From assembly GCA_034670305.1 (NCBI GenBank), contig JAXMNT010000022.1:1-64000 (forward strand): a DNA stretch of 64,000 nt, given 5' to 3'. The notes beneath the pieces are model-generated. The model was not told the DNA's origin. It saw only the letters and a program-made list of their open reading frames with translations, and ran no database searches. How positions within the stretch are numbered: the stretch's first letter is position 1; the number at the start of each line of letters is the position of its first letter. Of the stretch, positions 1 to 10,825 are shown piece after piece. The stretch comes from Deltaproteobacteria bacterium (GTDB taxonomy: Bacteria > Myxococcota_A > Polyangia > Polyangiales > Houyiibacteriaceae). The position numbers and the translations under genes were made by a program.

Positions 1-158
1 GGCTGCGCCGCGTAGCACCGACCGATGCCCGGCGGCTTCGTCCGCTGGGCATCGCGCTCCGATTCGCGCCTCGCCGTCGCGAAACACACGGCGTCCACGA
101 CGCGGGCAAGGGCACGGGCAACGGCAAGGGAGCAGGTCGCTTCTCAGCGACCTGCTAG
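1..158. mobile_element. Right end of a MITE (second copy of the element at 18598-19075), truncated by the window start
   Basis: Near-identical to about 18908-19075. It has the same GGGCAM repeats and terminal hairpin AGCAGGTCGCT-N4-AGCGACCTGCT, and ends in CTAG (155-158). Confidence 0.85.
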
Positions 159-198
159 GGCCGCCAGTCCCGCGAAGCGGGCCAGGCCCGTAGTGCAA

Positions 199-1101
199 TT
201 AGAAAGCGAACGCAGGGGTTGCGCGGAACTGCATGCCGGCGCTGATCTGTTCGCAGACGCCCATCTCGTTGCGGTTGAGGTCGCTCATGGTCGGGAGCAC
301 GATCTCGAGCAGCGGCGTGATCTGGGTCTCCTGCATGTCGTCCGCCATCATCGCGATGTTCAGGATCTGATCCATCGTGACCCCGCCGGCGATGATGCCG
401 CTCCAGCTGCCGTCCGGGTTCTGGGTCGCTTGCAGCGTCGAGTCGTGCAGACGCAGATCGAAGAAGACGTTGAAGACCGCGACGGGGAACTCCACGTCGA
501 ATGGGCCGGCTTCGAGGACGCCCTCGTGAATGCTGCCGCGGGTGATGCTCACCGGTGCTTCGGGGTCGATCTCGAAGGTCTGGTGCGACACGATTCGGTC
601 CGACGCGCTCAGGTCGGGGCGGCCCATGCCGAGCATGACGCGGACTTCGACCGAGTCGTCTTCGAATGGATCGTCGACGCCCGACATCTCGATCATGAGC
701 AGCAGTCGACCTTCGTTGATCGTGCCCTGGATGATGCCTTCGACCGCGCCGGGGAACTGGTCTTCGATCGTCTCGTAGAGAAGCGCGAACTGGTTGTCGA
801 TGCCCTCCTCTCCGGCTGGCGACACGAAGTCCCGGCGCCGGCAGCCTTCGAGGTCCCGCGCATCGCTGTTGCGGTCGTCGAGGTTCAATCCCGCCGCGAC
901 GTTGCGATCGCCGGACATCAGCACTTCGCCGTCTTCGCCACGCGCGAGTTTGCCGAAGGTCAGCTCGGTCAGCACCACGGCACTCGTCTCGCCCGTCGTC
1001 TCCGAACCGCAGGCGGGCAACGCCAAGATCGACAGCGCGACCCCACACGCCAACACCGTGGCCGCAGGCCAGGCACGAAACACATTTCCGTGGTTCATCA
1101 T
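199..1101 (-). CDS. Hypothetical lipoprotein, third gene of the DUF1592/DUF1552 operon
   Basis: 300 aa with a signal peptide and lipobox (LPAC). Its start overlaps the stop of the upstream gene (1098-1101). Confidence 0.8.
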   Translation of the reverse strand: MMNHGNVFRAWPAATVLACGVALSILALPACGSETTGETSAVVLTELTFGKLARGEDGEVLMSGDRNVAAGLNLDDRNSDARDLEGCRRRDFVSPAGEEGIDNQFALLYETIEDQFPGAVEGIIQGTINEGRLLLMIEMSGVDDPFEDDSVEVRVMLGMGRPDLSASDRIVSHQTFEIDPEAPVSITRGSIHEGVLEAGPFDVEFPVAVFNVFFDLRLHDSTLQATQNPDGSWSGIIAGGVTMDQILNIAMMADDMQETQITPLLEIVLPTMSDLNRNEMGVCEQISAGMQFRATPAFAF

Positions 1102-2540
1102 TCGATCCTCTCGAGTGCGGCGAACCCTCGGTCCACGCGTCCTTCGTCGCGGCCCCAGCTTTCCAGTGGAATGCCCATCGCGCGAATCAAACTCAGTCCG
1201 ACCCGGCTGGCGTTCTCGCCGCTCGACCGGATGTGGGTGCCGGTGACGAGCCGGTCGCAGCAGCTCCCGAAGGTCAGGATCGGGAAGTCCTCGAGCGAGT
1301 GCAGCCGAGGGTTCGAGCTGTCCGTCGTGGCCAGCAGCACCATGTTCTCGAGCATCGAACGGTCGCCTTCGGTGATGTCGCGGAACTGATCCACGAACGT
1401 CGCGAGCGACGCGGTGATGAACTTCATGATCTCGTTCACCCGCAACATCGGCTCGCCATCGGTGTCCGGCTCGTTGTGGGTGAGGTCGTGGTGGCCGCGA
1501 ATGACGAGTTCGCCACCCTCCATCACTTCGATGCCATCGACCGGGAAGATCACGTCGCCGACCGGCCGGGTGAGGATGTGGGAGAACACCCGCGTCTGGT
1601 CGCAGGCGAACGCCATCGCGAGCAGCTCGCCCATCAGCTGGGTCCGCAGCGCCATCTGCGGCCGCCCGCGTTCGTCGTCGCCGATCTCTTCAGGCGGCAA
1701 GGTCGGGAACATGCAGGCCGCGAGGTTGGGCGGGTCGTCTTCGAGTCGCGCGAGCCGAAGCTCCAGTTCTCGGACGTGCTGCAAGTGGTCGTCGAGGCGC
1801 ACCCGGTCCGCTGCGCCGACGCGCCGCTGCAGCGCCCGGTTCTGCTGAAGCACCGCGTCGAGCACCGAGCGGCGAAGCGCCACGGTGGGGTCGATGATGG
1901 GTTCGTCGCCCGGGAGCCGGAAGCCCCCTGTGAAGAGGCGCTGGTAGAGCGCGAAGGGGCTCTTCTCCGCCGGGTTGCGCTGGTCTTCGCCGCTGTACGA
2001 CACACTCGAGTCGACCGGAATGGTCCCCGTCTCGAGCGACCGGTATTTCGTGCTGCCGCCGATGCGCTGGGCGATGACCTGGTCGATGGTCGGGTCGCGC
2101 CAGAACTCGCGGTCGCCGTCCGTCACCAGCAACGAGGCGCCGGTCAACATCCCGCAGATCGCGGAGTTGTGCGGAATGCGGCCGCCGGTCTTCACGTCGG
2201 TGCCGCTGATCACCGTCATCACGTCTTTGTGGCGGGCGAGCGGTTCGAGCTGCTCGCTCAGATCGTAGTTCGGACCCGTGGTGCCCGGGATCCAGCGCCA
2301 AGGGAGCACACCGTTGCCCCAGAAGAACACGCCGAAGCGGCGGGGGAACGCGGTGCCGTCGGCGTGCGCGGTGCCCTCGTCGTTCAGAAAGATGTCGAGG
2401 GCTGGGAGACCCACGGCCACCGCGGTGGCGCCCAGTGCGCCTCGCAGGAAGGTGCGCCGCGGCAACCGATGCTTCGCGCTTCGTTTGCTCGGCTTGAGCT
2501 TCGCTTCGTGGTGCGCCTCGCGCTCGTCCAACGGATTCAT
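1098..2540 (-). CDS. DUF1552 (HXXSHH-type) family protein with Tat-like signal
   Basis: RRTFLRG twin-Arg motif, GLPALD, RFGVFFWGNG, TIDQVIA, RRSVLDAV, AFACDQTRV, HHDLTH. The ATG at 2540 overlaps the stop of the upstream gene; the ORF-track start at 2741 is too far upstream. Confidence 0.9.
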   Translation of the reverse strand: MNPLDEREAHHEAKLKPSKRSAKHRLPRRTFLRGALGATAVAVGLPALDIFLNDEGTAHADGTAFPRRFGVFFWGNGVLPWRWIPGTTGPNYDLSEQLEPLARHKDVMTVISGTDVKTGGRIPHNSAICGMLTGASLLVTDGDREFWRDPTIDQVIAQRIGGSTKYRSLETGTIPVDSSVSYSGEDQRNPAEKSPFALYQRLFTGGFRLPGDEPIIDPTVALRRSVLDAVLQQNRALQRRVGAADRVRLDDHLQHVRELELRLARLEDDPPNLAACMFPTLPPEEIGDDERGRPQMALRTQLMGELLAMAFACDQTRVFSHILTRPVGDVIFPVDGIEVMEGGELVIRGHHDLTHNEPDTDGEPMLRVNEIMKFITASLATFVDQFRDITEGDRSMLENMVLLATTDSSNPRLHSLEDFPILTFGSCCDRLVTGTHIRSSGENASRVGLSLIRAMGIPLESWGRDEGRVDRGFAALERIE

Positions 2541-4216
2541 TCTTCCACCTCCGCGCCGGGCACGGTTTCGTCGGGCGGGCCCACCGAGCGGAACCCATCG
2601 GAGAGCGCGATCGATCGCAGCAGCTCGAGCACCTGGTACCCGGAACCGACAAACGCGCGGTACCCGCCGTTGACGCTGGCCGCTTCGCCGACGCGCTCGT
2701 TGCGTCCGACCGCGTACCGGTAGGCGGTGCGGGCGACACACCGGGGCACTTCGTCACTCTCGGCGAGTACTTGGCCCATCTCGATCACGTTGCTGAACTC
2801 CTGCGTGTTCAAGGAGCCACTCGCGTCGATCGGTTCGCCGTTGTCGATGGTTCGGTGGCCGCCGAGCGCGTCGAAGTTCTCGAGCCCGAGACCGAGCGGG
2901 TCCATCAAGCGGTGGCAGCCTGCACAGGTCGGGTCTTGAAGATGCTTCTGGACCCGCTGACGCAGCGTGATGATCTCTTCTTCTTCGCTGGGCTCTGGGA
3001 TCGACGTGTCGACGTTGGCCGGCGGGGCCGGCACCGAACCGCACAGGATGCGCCGCCGAACGAACAGGCCGCGCAAGGTCGGCGAGGTCGAGCCGAAGTG
3101 GCTGTTGCCCGCGAGCACGCTGACGTGGCCGAGCAGTCCCGCACGCGGCGAGTCGGCCGGAAACGTGAATGGCGCGAACCCATCGATGCTCGGTGCCCGC
3201 ACGCCGTAGATGCTCGCGAGGCGGCGGTTGATGAAGGTCGAACGGCGGGTGAAGATGGTCCGGTAGTCCTTGCGGCCGAAGACCACGTCTTCGAGCACCC
3301 GCAGTGTCTCTTCGCGGGCGCTCGGCCCGACGTCGGGGCCGAAGTGATCGAACACCGCTGGGTCCTTGCCGAGCTCGTCGAGTCCATCGAGGGCGAGCAT
3401 GTCGGAGAAGAAAGCGCGCATGCCCTGCCGCGCCCGATCGTCGGCGAGCATGCCGTCCACGATCGGACCGAGCGTCTCGAGGTCGTCGAGTTCGCCCGCG
3501 GCAGCGGCGTCGAGCAGCGCTTCGTCCGGTCCGGTGTTCCAGAGGAAGAACGCGAGCCGTTCGCCGAGCTCCCAACCGTCGAGTGGCCGCACGGCGTCGC
3601 CGTCGACGACCGCATCGGACGCCCCGAACTCGGTGCGGAACAATGTCCGTGGCGACTGCAGCACCGCGGAGAGTGCGTAGGCGAGGCCTCCATGGAAGTC
3701 GCCCACCGTCTCGGCGGCGTGCGCGGCGATGCGGACCAGTGTCTCGATCTCGGCGCCGTCGGCCGGTCGGCGCCACGCGCGGCGGGTCACGCGCACGAGC
3801 ACGCGCCGCGCGCAGGCATCGTCGACGGTGCCGGTGGGGTCGCAGGGCATCCAGGCGTCTCGCGCTTCGGACGGCGTCATCGCTTGTTCGGCGATCTGGA
3901 ACGCGGCGGACTCGTACTGTTCGACGCCGCGCGGCGAGTAGCCGCGGCTCGAGGTGGCGACCGACTGCAGCCCACCGATCGAGTCGAAGGGATCGATGCG
4001 CGAAGGGACGACGACGGGACCGAGCACGTCGTTCACGACGTTTGCGTACTGGGTGTCGGTGAGCCGCCGCATCTGCGCGGGCGCCGGCACGAAGGGCGGG
4101 TCCGGGACTTCGGCGGATTCGGCCGGCGGTGCATCGATGCGGCCGTCGCAACCAAGCGACGCAATCGACGAAACGAACAAGCCACAGAGCAGGGCACGGC
4201 GGAGGACGGTCGGCAT
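2537..4216 (-). CDS. DUF1592/1588/1595/1587/1585 multidomain lipoprotein with a c-type haem motif
   Basis: Lipobox (SLGC), [43 protein letters not shown] and CAGCH. This is the usual partner of DUF1552. Confidence 0.9.
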   Translation of the reverse strand: MPTVLRRALLCGLFVSSIASLGCDGRIDAPPAESAEVPDPPFVPAPAQMRRLTDTQYANVVNDVLGPVVVPSRIDPFDSIGGLQSVATSSRGYSPRGVEQYESAAFQIAEQAMTPSEARDAWMPCDPTGTVDDACARRVLVRVTRRAWRRPADGAEIETLVRIAAHAAETVGDFHGGLAYALSAVLQSPRTLFRTEFGASDAVVDGDAVRPLDGWELGERLAFFLWNTGPDEALLDAAAAGELDDLETLGPIVDGMLADDRARQGMRAFFSDMLALDGLDELGKDPAVFDHFGPDVGPSAREETLRVLEDVVFGRKDYRTIFTRRSTFINRRLASIYGVRAPSIDGFAPFTFPADSPRAGLLGHVSVLAGNSHFGSTSPTLRGLFVRRRILCGSVPAPPANVDTSIPEPSEEEEIITLRQRVQKHLQDPTCAGCHRLMDPLGLGLENFDALGGHRTIDNGEPIDASGSLNTQEFSNVIEMGQVLAESDEVPRCVARTAYRYAVGRNERVGEAASVNGGYRAFVGSGYQVLELLRSIALSDGFRSVGPPDETVPGAEVEE

Positions 4217-4353
4217 GGGAGAATTGGTATTACCACTGCGCCCGCCCCTCGTCCACACCATGCCTTCATGGAACTGGCCTGGGGCGCTGGCGGCCCGCAC
4301 GCCCCGCACGTGCACGCCGCCGAACGCTCAGCGGGCTGCTATGCTGGATTCCC

Positions 4354-5463
4354 GTGTCGCTGAAGATCGATCAGGATCATTCCCGCTTTCGAGCCATCGT
4401 GCGGGGCAAGATTCGACAGAACCTTCGCCGGTACATCTCCCAGGGTGAGCTGATGGGGAAGCAGGGCAAGGACAAGGTGTCCATCCCGCTTCCGCAGATC
4501 GACATTCCGAAGTTCCGATTCGCCGACAAGAAGCAGGGCGGGGTCGGACAAGGCGACGGCGAACCCGGCGACCCGGTCGGCAAGGGCGACGGCAAACCGG
4601 GGGAGGGCGGCGAAGCCGGCGGCGACCCGGGCGAACACGCGCTCGAGGTCGAGGTCACGCTCGAAGAGCTCGCAGACATTCTCGGCGAAGAGCTCGCGCT
4701 GCCCAACATCGAGAACAAGGGCAAGACCTCGATCGTCGACAAGAAGGACCGGTACACCGGCATCCGCTCGGTGGGACCGAACTCGCTGCGCCACTTCAAG
4801 CGCACGTTCAAGACCGCACTCAAGCGCCAGATCTCGCTCGGCAAATACAACAAGAACCGGCCCATCATCATCCCGACCCGCGACGACATGCGGTTCAAGT
4901 CGTGGAAGACGGACATCGAGCCGGTCGCGAACGCGGCGATCATCTACATGATGGATGTGTCGGGCTCGATGGGCGACGAGCAGAAGGAGATCGTGCGCAT
5001 CGAATCCTTCTGGCTCGACACCTGGTTGCGGCGTCAGTACCAGGGCATCGAGACGCGGTTCGTGATTCACGACGCGGTCGCACGCGAAGTCGATCGAGAC
5101 ACCTTCTTCCGCACCCGCGAGAGCGGAGGAACGATGATCAGCAGCGCCTACAAGGTGTGCGCGAAGATGATCGACGACGACTACCCGCCGAGCGAGTGGA
5201 ACATCTACCCGTTCCACTTCTCCGACGGCGACAACTGGTCCGTTGACGACACGCTGCTGTGCGTGGAGCTCTTGAAGAACAAGATCCTCCCGGCCTCCAA
5301 CGTCTTCTCCTACGGCCAGGTGGAGAGCCCGTACGGCTCGGGCCAGTTCATCAAAGACCTAAAAGAACACTTCGGCGGCGACGACCGATTGATCACCAGT
5401 GAGATCCGCGACCGCGACGCCATCGTGGGCAGCATTCGAGACTTCCTCGGGCCAGGGAAATAG
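4354..5463 (+). CDS. yeaH: DUF444 YeaH/YhbH family vWA-like protein
   Basis: Gly-rich GVGQGDG segment, [19 protein letters not shown] (MIDAS), [22 protein letters not shown] start at 4354; adjacent to spoVR. Confidence 0.93.
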   Translation: MSLKIDQDHSRFRAIVRGKIRQNLRRYISQGELMGKQGKDKVSIPLPQIDIPKFRFADKKQGGVGQGDGEPGDPVGKGDGKPGEGGEAGGDPGEHALEVEVTLEELADILGEELALPNIENKGKTSIVDKKDRYTGIRSVGPNSLRHFKRTFKTALKRQISLGKYNKNRPIIIPTRDDMRFKSWKTDIEPVANAAIIYMMDVSGSMGDEQKEIVRIESFWLDTWLRRQYQGIETRFVIHDAVAREVDRDTFFRTRESGGTMISSAYKVCAKMIDDDYPPSEWNIYPFHFSDGDNWSVDDTLLCVELLKNKILPASNVFSYGQVESPYGSGQFIKDLKEHFGGDDRLITSEIRDRDAIVGSIRDFLGPGK

Positions 5464-7010
5464 TGGGCAGCTTCATCATGCGGACCGAGCTGCCGCGCTA
5501 CCTCTGGGAGCAGCAGCAGCAGATCGAACAGCACGCCCGGGACTTCGGCCTCGACTTCTACCCGACCGTGTTCGAAGTGCTCTCGTACGATCGGATGAAC
5601 GAGATCGCGGCGTTCGGAGGGTTCCCGACGCGCTACCCGCACTGGCGCTTCGGCATGGAGTTCGAGCGCCTCGCCAAGAGCTACGAGTACGGCCTCTCGA
5701 AGATCTACGAGATGGTGATCAACAACAATCCGTCGGTCGCGTACCTGCTCGAGGGCAACTCGCTCGTCGATCAGAAACTCGTGATGGCGCACGTGCTCGG
5801 CCACGTGGACTTCTTCAAGAACAACTTCGCGTTCTCGATCACCGACCAGGGTCGCGATCCGAAGGACGGCAGCGCGGTGCGCAAGTGGATCGACACCATG
5901 GCGAACCACGGTTCGATCGTGCGCCGCTGGGTGAAGCGCATCGGCATCGAGAAGGTCGAAGAGTTCCTCGATGTGTGCCTGAGCCTCGAGAACCTCATCG
6001 ATCCGCAGCGTCCCTTTGCCCCGCCGAAGGAACGCAAGGGCCCGCTCTCCCAGCTCGAAGATCCAGACGAGACACCCGAAGAGCTGCGGCTGCTTCGGGT
6101 GGACCGCGACTACATGGAGTCGTTCATCAACCCGCAGGAGTTCGTCGACTCGCAGCGCAAGAAGCTCGAGGACGAGAAAGCCGCGGCGAAGAAGTTCCCC
6201 GAGTCGCCGCGCCGCGACGTGCTGAGTTTCCTTCTGGAGTTCGCGCCGCTCGAGCGCTGGGAACGCGACGTGCTCAACGTCATCCGCAAGGAGGCGTACT
6301 ACTTCCTGCCGCAGATGCAGACGAAGATCATGAACGAAGGCTGGGCCAGCTACTGGCACAGCCGGCTCATGACCGAGAAGGTGTGTGACGCGTCGGAGAT
6401 CGTGGACTACGCGGACCGCAACGCGGGCGTGCTCGCGACCGCGCCGGGACAGCTCAACCCGTACAAGCTCGGCGTCGAACTCTTTCGCCACATCGAAGAA
6501 CGATGGGACAAGGGGCAGTTCGGCAAGGAGTGGGACGAGTGCGAGGACTGGGCGGAGAAACGTGCGTGGGATCGGCGCACCGGGCTCGGTCGCGCGAAGG
6601 TCTTCGAGGTCCGCAAGCTCTACACCGACGTGACCTTCATCGACGAGTTCCTCACGCCGGAGTTCGTCTTCGATCAGAAGATGTACACGTTCGGCTACAA
6701 CACCCGGAACGACCGCTGGGAAGTCGACAGCCGCGCGTTCGAGAAGGTGAAGCAGCAACTGCTCACGCAGCTCACCAATGCGGGCAACCCGATCATTCGC
6801 GTGGTCGATGGCAACCAGAGCAACCGCGGCGAGCTTCAGCTGCAGCACGACCACATGGGCGTCGACCTGCGTCTCGACTGGGCCCAGGAAGTCCTGCGTT
6901 CGCTCGTGCGGGTATGGCGCCGGCCGGTGGAGATCTTGACGGTGGTCGACGACAAGCCGACGAGCCTCCGCTTCGACGGCAGCGAACACACCCGCCGCAC
7001 CATCAAATAG
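5463..7010 (+). CDS. spoVR: SpoVR/YcgB family protein
   Basis: [60 protein letters not shown]. Alternative ATG at 5478. Confidence 0.96.
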   Translation: MGSFIMRTELPRYLWEQQQQIEQHARDFGLDFYPTVFEVLSYDRMNEIAAFGGFPTRYPHWRFGMEFERLAKSYEYGLSKIYEMVINNNPSVAYLLEGNSLVDQKLVMAHVLGHVDFFKNNFAFSITDQGRDPKDGSAVRKWIDTMANHGSIVRRWVKRIGIEKVEEFLDVCLSLENLIDPQRPFAPPKERKGPLSQLEDPDETPEELRLLRVDRDYMESFINPQEFVDSQRKKLEDEKAAAKKFPESPRRDVLSFLLEFAPLERWERDVLNVIRKEAYYFLPQMQTKIMNEGWASYWHSRLMTEKVCDASEIVDYADRNAGVLATAPGQLNPYKLGVELFRHIEERWDKGQFGKEWDECEDWAEKRAWDRRTGLGRAKVFEVRKLYTDVTFIDEFLTPEFVFDQKMYTFGYNTRNDRWEVDSRAFEKVKQQLLTQLTNAGNPIIRVVDGNQSNRGELQLQHDHMGVDLRLDWAQEVLRSLVRVWRRPVEILTVVDDKPTSLRFDGSEHTRRTIK

Positions 7011-7048
7011 CCATCCACTCCGCGAAGCGGCTTCGGTAGTCTCGGGAG

Positions 7049-8203
7049 ATGAACATCGAGGACACGCTCGCGAAGGCGGGCGAAACCAGCCGGCCCTCGG
7101 CCGAACGCGCGGCCCTCTACCGCTCGGTGATGGAGCATGCGAAAGCCAAAAAGGCGATCCGCGCAGACGCCGGGGTGAAGGGGCTCGTGCTCGAGTTCGA
7201 GCTGGCCCGCGAGTCGGAAGGCGACGACCTGATCCCGCGGACCCTCGAGGTGCTCGGGCTGCTCAAGAAGAAGGACCGCGACGCCGCCTGGAAGCTCTGC
7301 TACCCGGCCTTCCCGTACGTCGAGCGGCTCGGGCTGCGCGACGACGCGGTCGCGCTCTTCTTGAAGTTCACCGACTTCGCGATCACCAAGTCTTCGATTC
7401 CAGGCGACGCGGTGGCACGGGTCCCAAGCTTCCTGGACGATCCGCGCTTGCAGGCCCTGCTCGCGCCGAAGCCGCCGAAGAAGCTCTTGCCGCACAAAGA
7501 AGCACTCGAGCGGACCCTTCTGCCGCGGCGGTGTTTCAGCGGCCGCAGCTCCCACACGCCGAGCCCGCAGGCGAATGTGCTCGGTGGCGAACCGGGCCTC
7601 TCGACCGGGATGGAGTGGCCGCGCGATTCGAAGGGCCAGCCGATGCACTTTCTCGCGCGTCTGCAGCTCGACAACTTTCGTTTTCCGGGTTGGCCGAGAG
7701 AGGGGCGGCTGCTGTTCTTCGTCTCCGACGAAGCGGCGCGGTGCCTGCGTGGCGAATGCCGGGTGCTGCATTCGGGCGGCATCCACAACGTGGACAGCAA
7801 GCCGGTGCAGGCCGAGGTCGAGAAACTCTTCGGTGGGCCCCTGGTCAAGACGCCGGGCACCTTCCACCTGCACTCGTACTTGCAGCCGATGAGCGGGTGC
7901 GACTACCGCTTCGATCAGGTCGCGCCGGGCATCGACGCGAAGACGAAGAAGAAGTGGACCGACAAACACTCGCCGCTCCCGGTGAAGAACCAGGTCGGTG
8001 GGTACCCGTACTTCACCCAAGACGAAGACCAGCGCCGCGCCACCGACGATCCCGAGACCGATGTGCTCCTGCTGCAGATCGACAGCGACCCTCAGTTCGG
8101 ACTGAGCTGGGGCGACAACGGCATCGTGCAGTTCTTCGTGCCTGCCAGCGACCTCGCCAAGGGCGACTTCACGCGCGTGCGGTTTCTGGGCGACTGCCTC
8201 TGA
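7049..8203 (+). CDS. DUF1963 (YwqG-like) protein with an N-terminal helical domain
   Basis: LGGEP...EWP....PMHFLARL, GRLLFF, QVGGYPYFTQ, LLLQIDSD, WGDNGIVQFF, DL.KGDF are typical DUF1963 motifs. Confidence 0.85.
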   Translation: MNIEDTLAKAGETSRPSAERAALYRSVMEHAKAKKAIRADAGVKGLVLEFELARESEGDDLIPRTLEVLGLLKKKDRDAAWKLCYPAFPYVERLGLRDDAVALFLKFTDFAITKSSIPGDAVARVPSFLDDPRLQALLAPKPPKKLLPHKEALERTLLPRRCFSGRSSHTPSPQANVLGGEPGLSTGMEWPRDSKGQPMHFLARLQLDNFRFPGWPREGRLLFFVSDEAARCLRGECRVLHSGGIHNVDSKPVQAEVEKLFGGPLVKTPGTFHLHSYLQPMSGCDYRFDQVAPGIDAKTKKKWTDKHSPLPVKNQVGGYPYFTQDEDQRRATDDPETDVLLLQIDSDPQFGLSWGDNGIVQFFVPASDLAKGDFTRVRFLGDCL

Positions 8204-8300
8204 GCCGGATGGCCACGACGCCTCGACCGGTCGGGGCCTGGGCGGTACACCTGCCGAGGTCCTGCGATCGATGGGACCGCTTCACGTGGGGGTGGACGCG

Positions 8301-8816
8301 GTGAAACCAAAGGACGTCGAGAAGGTGCTCCAGCAAGCCGCCAACATTGGCCGGCCGGTGCAGTCTCGCATCGAGCTCTATGCGTCCATCGCGGGCGACG
8401 CCTCCCTCCCGCGACCCGCGCGCGCCGAGGCGAGCGCCAAAGCGCTCATGCTGGAGCTGCATGCGCGCGCCCAGCACGGATCCGAACCGCCAGGACGCAA
8501 GCCCACGCCGCGTCCCGAACCCACCGCGACGCAGCGGTTCGACGAGCCGACGCCCGCATCGCTGGTGGTCCGACTCTTCGACGCCTGTGCCTTGCTGAAG
8601 CCCAGTGAGGCGGACTGGTTCTTCGGGCTGGCGGCCGCCGCGTTCCCCTATCTCGCGCGCATCGGCGACCGCGACGCGAGCGTGAAACTCTTCTGGATCT
8701 TCACCACGTTTCAGACCGACGCCACGGGCTGGGCGGACGACGTGGCGCGTCTGATCCCGGAGTGCGCAGACGACGACCGAGTGCGCGCGCTCCTGTTGCA
8801 GGGCACGACCGACTGA
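8301..8816 (+). CDS. Hypothetical protein, paralog of the N-terminal domain of the 7049-8203 product
   Basis: AFPYLARIGDRDASVKLF aligns with AFPYVERLGLRDDAVALF, and DDDRVRALL with DDPRLQALL. Start is uncertain (GTG 8301 or ATG 8271). Confidence 0.75.
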   Translation: MKPKDVEKVLQQAANIGRPVQSRIELYASIAGDASLPRPARAEASAKALMLELHARAQHGSEPPGRKPTPRPEPTATQRFDEPTPASLVVRLFDACALLKPSEADWFFGLAAAAFPYLARIGDRDASVKLFWIFTTFQTDATGWADDVARLIPECADDDRVRALLLQGTTD

Positions 8817-8870
8817 GCAAGACGCTGCCGAGGCATCGGGTCCGTCACAGCCTCTTGATAGCGTGGCCGC

Positions 8871-9656
8871 ATGTCCGAATCCCCGAGTGAGCCGACGGTC
8901 CCCACGCCGCCCGCCCCGTTCGCACTCTCGCGGCTCGATGCGGTGGCGTGGCTCGAGTCGCTCGGCAGCGGCTCGGTGGATCTCGTGGTCACCGACCCGC
9001 CCTACGAGTCGCTCGAGAAACACCGGGCGGTCGGCACGACGACCCGGCTCTCGAAGAGCAGCGCGTCCAGCAACGAGTGGTTCGAGACCTTTCCGAACGA
9101 CCGGTTCGAAGCGCTCTTCGTCGAGCTCTTCCGGGTGCTTCGCGACGACCGGCACTTCTACCTGTTCTGCGATCAGGAGACGATGTTCGTCGCCAAACCG
9201 ATCGCCGAAGCGGTGGGCTTTCGGTTCTGGAAACCGATCGTCTGGGACAAGGTGAAGATCGGGATGGGGTACCACTACCGCGCGCGGTACGAGTTCATCC
9301 TGTTCTTCGAGAAGGGCAAACGGAACCTCAACGATCTGTCGGTGCCGGATGTGCTGACGGCGCCGCGAGTCGACCGTGGCTACCCCACCGAGAAGCCGGT
9401 CTCGATCGTCGAGACGTTGATCGCGCAGAGCACCCAGCCGGGCGAGCTGGTCGTCGATCCGTTCATGGGCAGCGGCTCGACCGGCGACGCGTCGGTGCGG
9501 CTCGGCCGGCCGTTTCTCGGCAACGACCTCGGCGAGGCAGCGCTCGCGTCGACCGGCGAACGACTTCGCGCGCTCGGGGCACCCGAGATGGACGACGCGA
9601 CGCTCGAGGGCTGGACCCATCCAAAGGACGAACAACTCCGGCTGGGCCTGAGCTAG
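8871..9656 (+). CDS. Site-specific DNA methyltransferase (N6-adenine/N4-cytosine, beta class)
   Basis: [10 protein letters not shown] (motif IV) precedes YPTEKP and [12 protein letters not shown] (motif I). Confidence 0.92.
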   Translation: MSESPSEPTVPTPPAPFALSRLDAVAWLESLGSGSVDLVVTDPPYESLEKHRAVGTTTRLSKSSASSNEWFETFPNDRFEALFVELFRVLRDDRHFYLFCDQETMFVAKPIAEAVGFRFWKPIVWDKVKIGMGYHYRARYEFILFFEKGKRNLNDLSVPDVLTAPRVDRGYPTEKPVSIVETLIAQSTQPGELVVDPFMGSGSTGDASVRLGRPFLGNDLGEAALASTGERLRALGAPEMDDATLEGWTHPKDEQLRLGLS

Positions 9657-9659
9657 CGC

Positions 9660-9962
9660 GGGGTCGGGGTCGGGGTCGGCTTCGGGATCGCCTTCGGCTT
9701 CGGCTTCGGGGTCGGCTTCGGGGTCGGCTTCGGGGTCGGCTTCGGGATCGGCTTCGGCTTCGGGATCGGCTTCGGTTTCGGCTTCGGCTTCGGGGTCGGC
9801 TTCGGGATCGGCTTCGGCTTCGGGATCGGCTTCGGTTTCGGCTTCGGCTTCGGCTTCAGCGACAGCACCAGCACCAGCAACAGCACCAGCGACAGCGACA
9901 GCGACAGCGACAGAACCAGCAACAGCGACAGCGACAGCAACAGCACCAGCACCAGCACCAGC
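9660..9962. repeat. Intergenic hexamer-periodic tract A: (GGCTTC/GGGGTC/GGGATC)n followed by (CAGCGA/CAGCAC/CAGCAA)n
   Basis: Directly visible 6-bp periodicity over about 300 bp. Confidence 0.95.
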
Positions 9963-10208
9963 TCATGCTCTCCTTCGGAGTCGCACGTCTTCAGCCTCTT
10001 CCTTCGGAACTCGATTCGGAAGTACCAGGTGGGGCTTGCTGGCTCGGCGGCAATTTCATCGTGGCGGAGTGCTCGGGCGCGTCAAGCGTGCCTTCGGCCC
10101 CAGCCTTCGGAAGGCTGGCTTCGCCCTGGACCCGCCCTCCGCTCTCCACCGGGCGCACGAGGCCCGCGCGGGGTCGCGGGCCTCGGCTTCGGTTGGTTCT
10201 CTTCCGGT

Positions 10209-10613
10209 TCAGTTCTGGACGGCGATGCGTCGGGTGCTTGGGGCGGGACGCTTTGGGAGTCGCAGCGTCAGCACTCCGTCGGTGAGCTTGGCTTCGATCG
10301 TCTCGTCGTCGACCGTCTCGGGGAGCGAGAACGAACGACTGAAGCTGCCTCGGTAGCGTTCGACGCGGCGGTAGCCCTCGGCGTCGACTTCGTCGGTCTC
10401 ACTGCGCTCGGCGCGAATGGTGAGCACGTTCTTCTCCAGGTCGACGTGGACCTGGTCGGCCTGGATCCCTGGGACCTCGACGAACAGGGTGAACGCTTCG
10501 TCGGACTCGTGGATGTCGACGGCGGGTTTGTACTCCGCGCGGCGTCCAGCGACGAAGGCGTCGTGCAGTCGGTTCATCTCGGCGAATGGATCCCATCGGG
10601 TGACTGAGGTCAT
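10209..10613 (-). CDS. Hsp20/alpha-crystallin small heat shock protein
   Basis: WDPF, PAVDIHE, EVPG, LTIRAER, ERYRGSFSRSFSLP, AKLTDGVLTLRLPK. ATG at 10613. Confidence 0.96.
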   Translation of the reverse strand: MTSVTRWDPFAEMNRLHDAFVAGRRAEYKPAVDIHESDEAFTLFVEVPGIQADQVHVDLEKNVLTIRAERSETDEVDAEGYRRVERYRGSFSRSFSLPETVDDETIEAKLTDGVLTLRLPKRPAPSTRRIAVQN

Positions 10614-10721
10614 GGCGCAAGTCTCCAGTGCGGCGCGTGGCCGCTGGTTGAGTAGGTGGGTCGTGTGTGCGGCGGGGCGGGTGCTGTGTCCCCGCCCTCG
10701 CCTCATCTGCGAACGTTCGCC

Positions 10722-10749
10722 AACCTAAACAGACGCATCCGGGTGTCAA
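10722..10749 (-). promoter_or_regulatory. Putative sigma70-type promoter of hsp20
   Basis: TTGACA-N16-TAGGTT on the minus strand. Confidence 0.5.
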
Positions 10750-10825
10750 CGGACCCGCGAGAGGGACACGTGAAGAACATCACGCACCCGTCATGCGACG
10801 CAATCCAGGGCCATCCACCAGTTGC

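Noticed and set aside
7049-9656. Restriction-modification or defence island around the methyltransferase
   Set aside because: No PD-(D/E)xK, HNH or other nuclease motif recognised in the neighbours.
9653-9958. Low-complexity ORFs over the repeat tracts (PKPKP, ASASA, QRQRQ; also 11733-13763, 41163-41540, 43549-43977, 44695-45343)
   Set aside because: Hexamer repeats are open in most frames; there are no start signals, and several overlap real genes.
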